The notes below the pieces were generated by a model. It ran no database searches and was not told the DNA's origin. It worked only from the letters and a program-made list of their open reading frames with translations. A stretch of DNA of 64,000 nt from positions 4,278,001-4,342,000 of the forward strand of contig JBHGNT010000022.1 of the NCBI GenBank assembly GCA_043228905.1, written 5' to 3'. A program made the translations under genes and the position numbers. The stretch comes from Azolla caroliniana (lineage: Eukaryota > Plantae > Polypodiophyta). Shown here piece after piece: positions 62,400 through 64,000 of this stretch (its first letter is position 1; every line of letters begins with the position of its first letter).

Positions 62400-64000
62400 A
62401 ATAAATATAGTTTATAAATTCTTTACACATAAATATATCATTACAATGGTTAAGAACTTGACACATATATAACAAGGTTGTGGGTTTGATTCCTTGTAAA
62501 CCCAAATCGTATGTAAGTGTCATTATGACACCACATTCCTCTTTCCTCCCCAAGCATAACGCTTCATGCACCATGCATGTGTCGCCTTTGTTTCGATCAT
62601 CTTCATGGTCAAGGAACTTCAATCTTCCTTCTTTGTCAAACCAAGCTTGTCTTTGTTAGGCCTCATCCAAACATTGACTTTGAATACTCCTTGTAGCCCA
62701 TGCTTCAAGTACATGCTCACATTTAGGCCTTTGGATGACCACATTGCATTTTTCCCACTTGTTCCTTTTTCATGGTATGCTCTCATGTGAAAGTTGACCA
62801 TTGATTGTTTGACCTTTGTAATGGTGTCCTCTTTTGAGTTGGATATTGTGATCAAATACCAAAGAACGCACTTCAAATTCACTTCCTTCGTTTGGCCATC
62901 GTCAAGCACCATTGTGCTTTGTTTAACCTCTTCATCATATGCATTAGCTTTGACCTTTGCGTCCTCGCCGCCACCTTCCTTTTCTTGGGTCTTTATTTGG
63001 TTTGGGTATGTCTCTTCGGTGATGGCCCTTTCTCCACTGACCGATATGTCCCCATCCACGATTCCCCAAATCTCTTGAAATAGTGGGGAGGAAGTCTTAG
63101 CACACTTGTCGTCCTCATTCATTGTCTTTTCCATAGCCACCTCTATCTCTAATTTGTTATACGTGGCCATCTCCTCAAATTGATGGGTTGCGTACCCATT
63201 GACCTTCTTGATCGAGCATGCCTCGATTATGCATGCCTCTTCATCATACACATCGGCTTTGACCTTCCTCGTTGCCACCTTCCTTCTCTTGGGTCTTAAT
63301 TTGATTTGGGTATGTCTCTTCGGTGATGGCCCTTTCTCCACCAACCGATATGTCCCCGTCCACCACTGCCCAAATCTCTTGAAATAGTGGGGAGGAAGTT
63401 TCGGCACACTTACCATCCTCCTTTGCCATGTCATCCATAGCCATCTTCATCCTGACATCGTTGTCCGCCATTGTTCTTTTGGTCGGCTGAATCTGCTTTA
63501 ACATCTCACTTGCTATTGGAGCCTTCCATCTTTGAACCATTGACCACGCCATGTCGGAATCATCTAGCCATCGACGACGCATGTCAAGCCGGTCACATGC
63601 TCTTCTTACCTCAACCCAATCCGTTATGAGACCATTGGGTTGTGTTTCATCCTCTAATAGACTACCTAGTTCCCGTCTATCGTTCACATCCACCGCCTTT
63701 AAGAAGCATAGAACCTTATCTTCTTCGAGAAACACCTGGTCGGTGCTTGGGAGATGATTGTACATTTTCTTGAATTCATTTTACAACCCCAATGCATTCA
63801 TGTTCTTCCCCTTCTTCTCGATCCACTTCATCAACGTGTGTCGAGTCATCCTCGATGCATCTTCAAGCATATATTCGGCCAAAAGTGCCCTTTTGAATCC
63901 CACCCATGTTGTTTGGGTGGCTTTAATCTCCCTTATATGGCCTTGTAACCCATTTTCCACGACACGTTTGAAGCTTGATATTTGTTTCTCTTCAATGAAA
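62400..64000 (-). mobile_element. LTR element 3' part with gag-like ORF remnants and no pol before the PPT
   Basis: Minus-strand purine tract GGGAGGAAAGAGGAATGTGG is followed by TGTCAT at 62530. Gag-like ORF 63765-63244. Internal ~300-bp duplication (62930-63110 vs 63240-63420). Confidence 0.55.

Larger units (their letters stand above)
53787..62400 (-). mobile_element. Decayed Ty3/Gypsy gag-pol, no LTRs visible, interrupted by Copia D
   Basis: gag ~62400-61700 (LCIYCGGPGHIAMNC), protease ~61430-61134, RT ~56400-55500, RNase H, and integrase (ISLDFITDLP; AEFAYNNS; HPVFRVSLL); many stops. Confidence 0.85.

Overview
This window is a gene-free, heavily nested transposon block from a eukaryote. 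Spliceosomal introns, tRNA-iMet-primed Copia/Gypsy elements and heavy C>T decay point to a land plant; a non-seed plant (moss/fern-like) is an inference only. Most of 11-64 kb is LTR retrotransposons inserted into one another, with many TSDs readable: four Copia elements, one near-intact chromodomain Gypsy (43778-50884), decayed Gypsy elements, solo LTRs and LINE fragments. The standout is a pair of large, related cut-and-paste DNA transposons with Sola2-type DDD transposases. Element 1 (<1-10072) has an intact transposase exon. Element 2 (21683-36912) has 26-bp TIRs and a GGAA TSD and sits inside a Copia RT gene. Both carry a convergent spliced accessory gene (coiled coil + RING-like finger + acidic tail). 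Each has its own short palindrome amplified in introns, between the two genes and next to the termini: TAGCTAATTAGCTA in element 1 and (T)AGTACT(A) in element 2. Element 1 also carries an FCP1/NIF-type HAD phosphatase-like ORF with an altered catalytic motif. This layout resembles a sequence-specific TE anti-silencing system such as VANDAL/VANC, but in a different superfamily; that function is a hypothesis.
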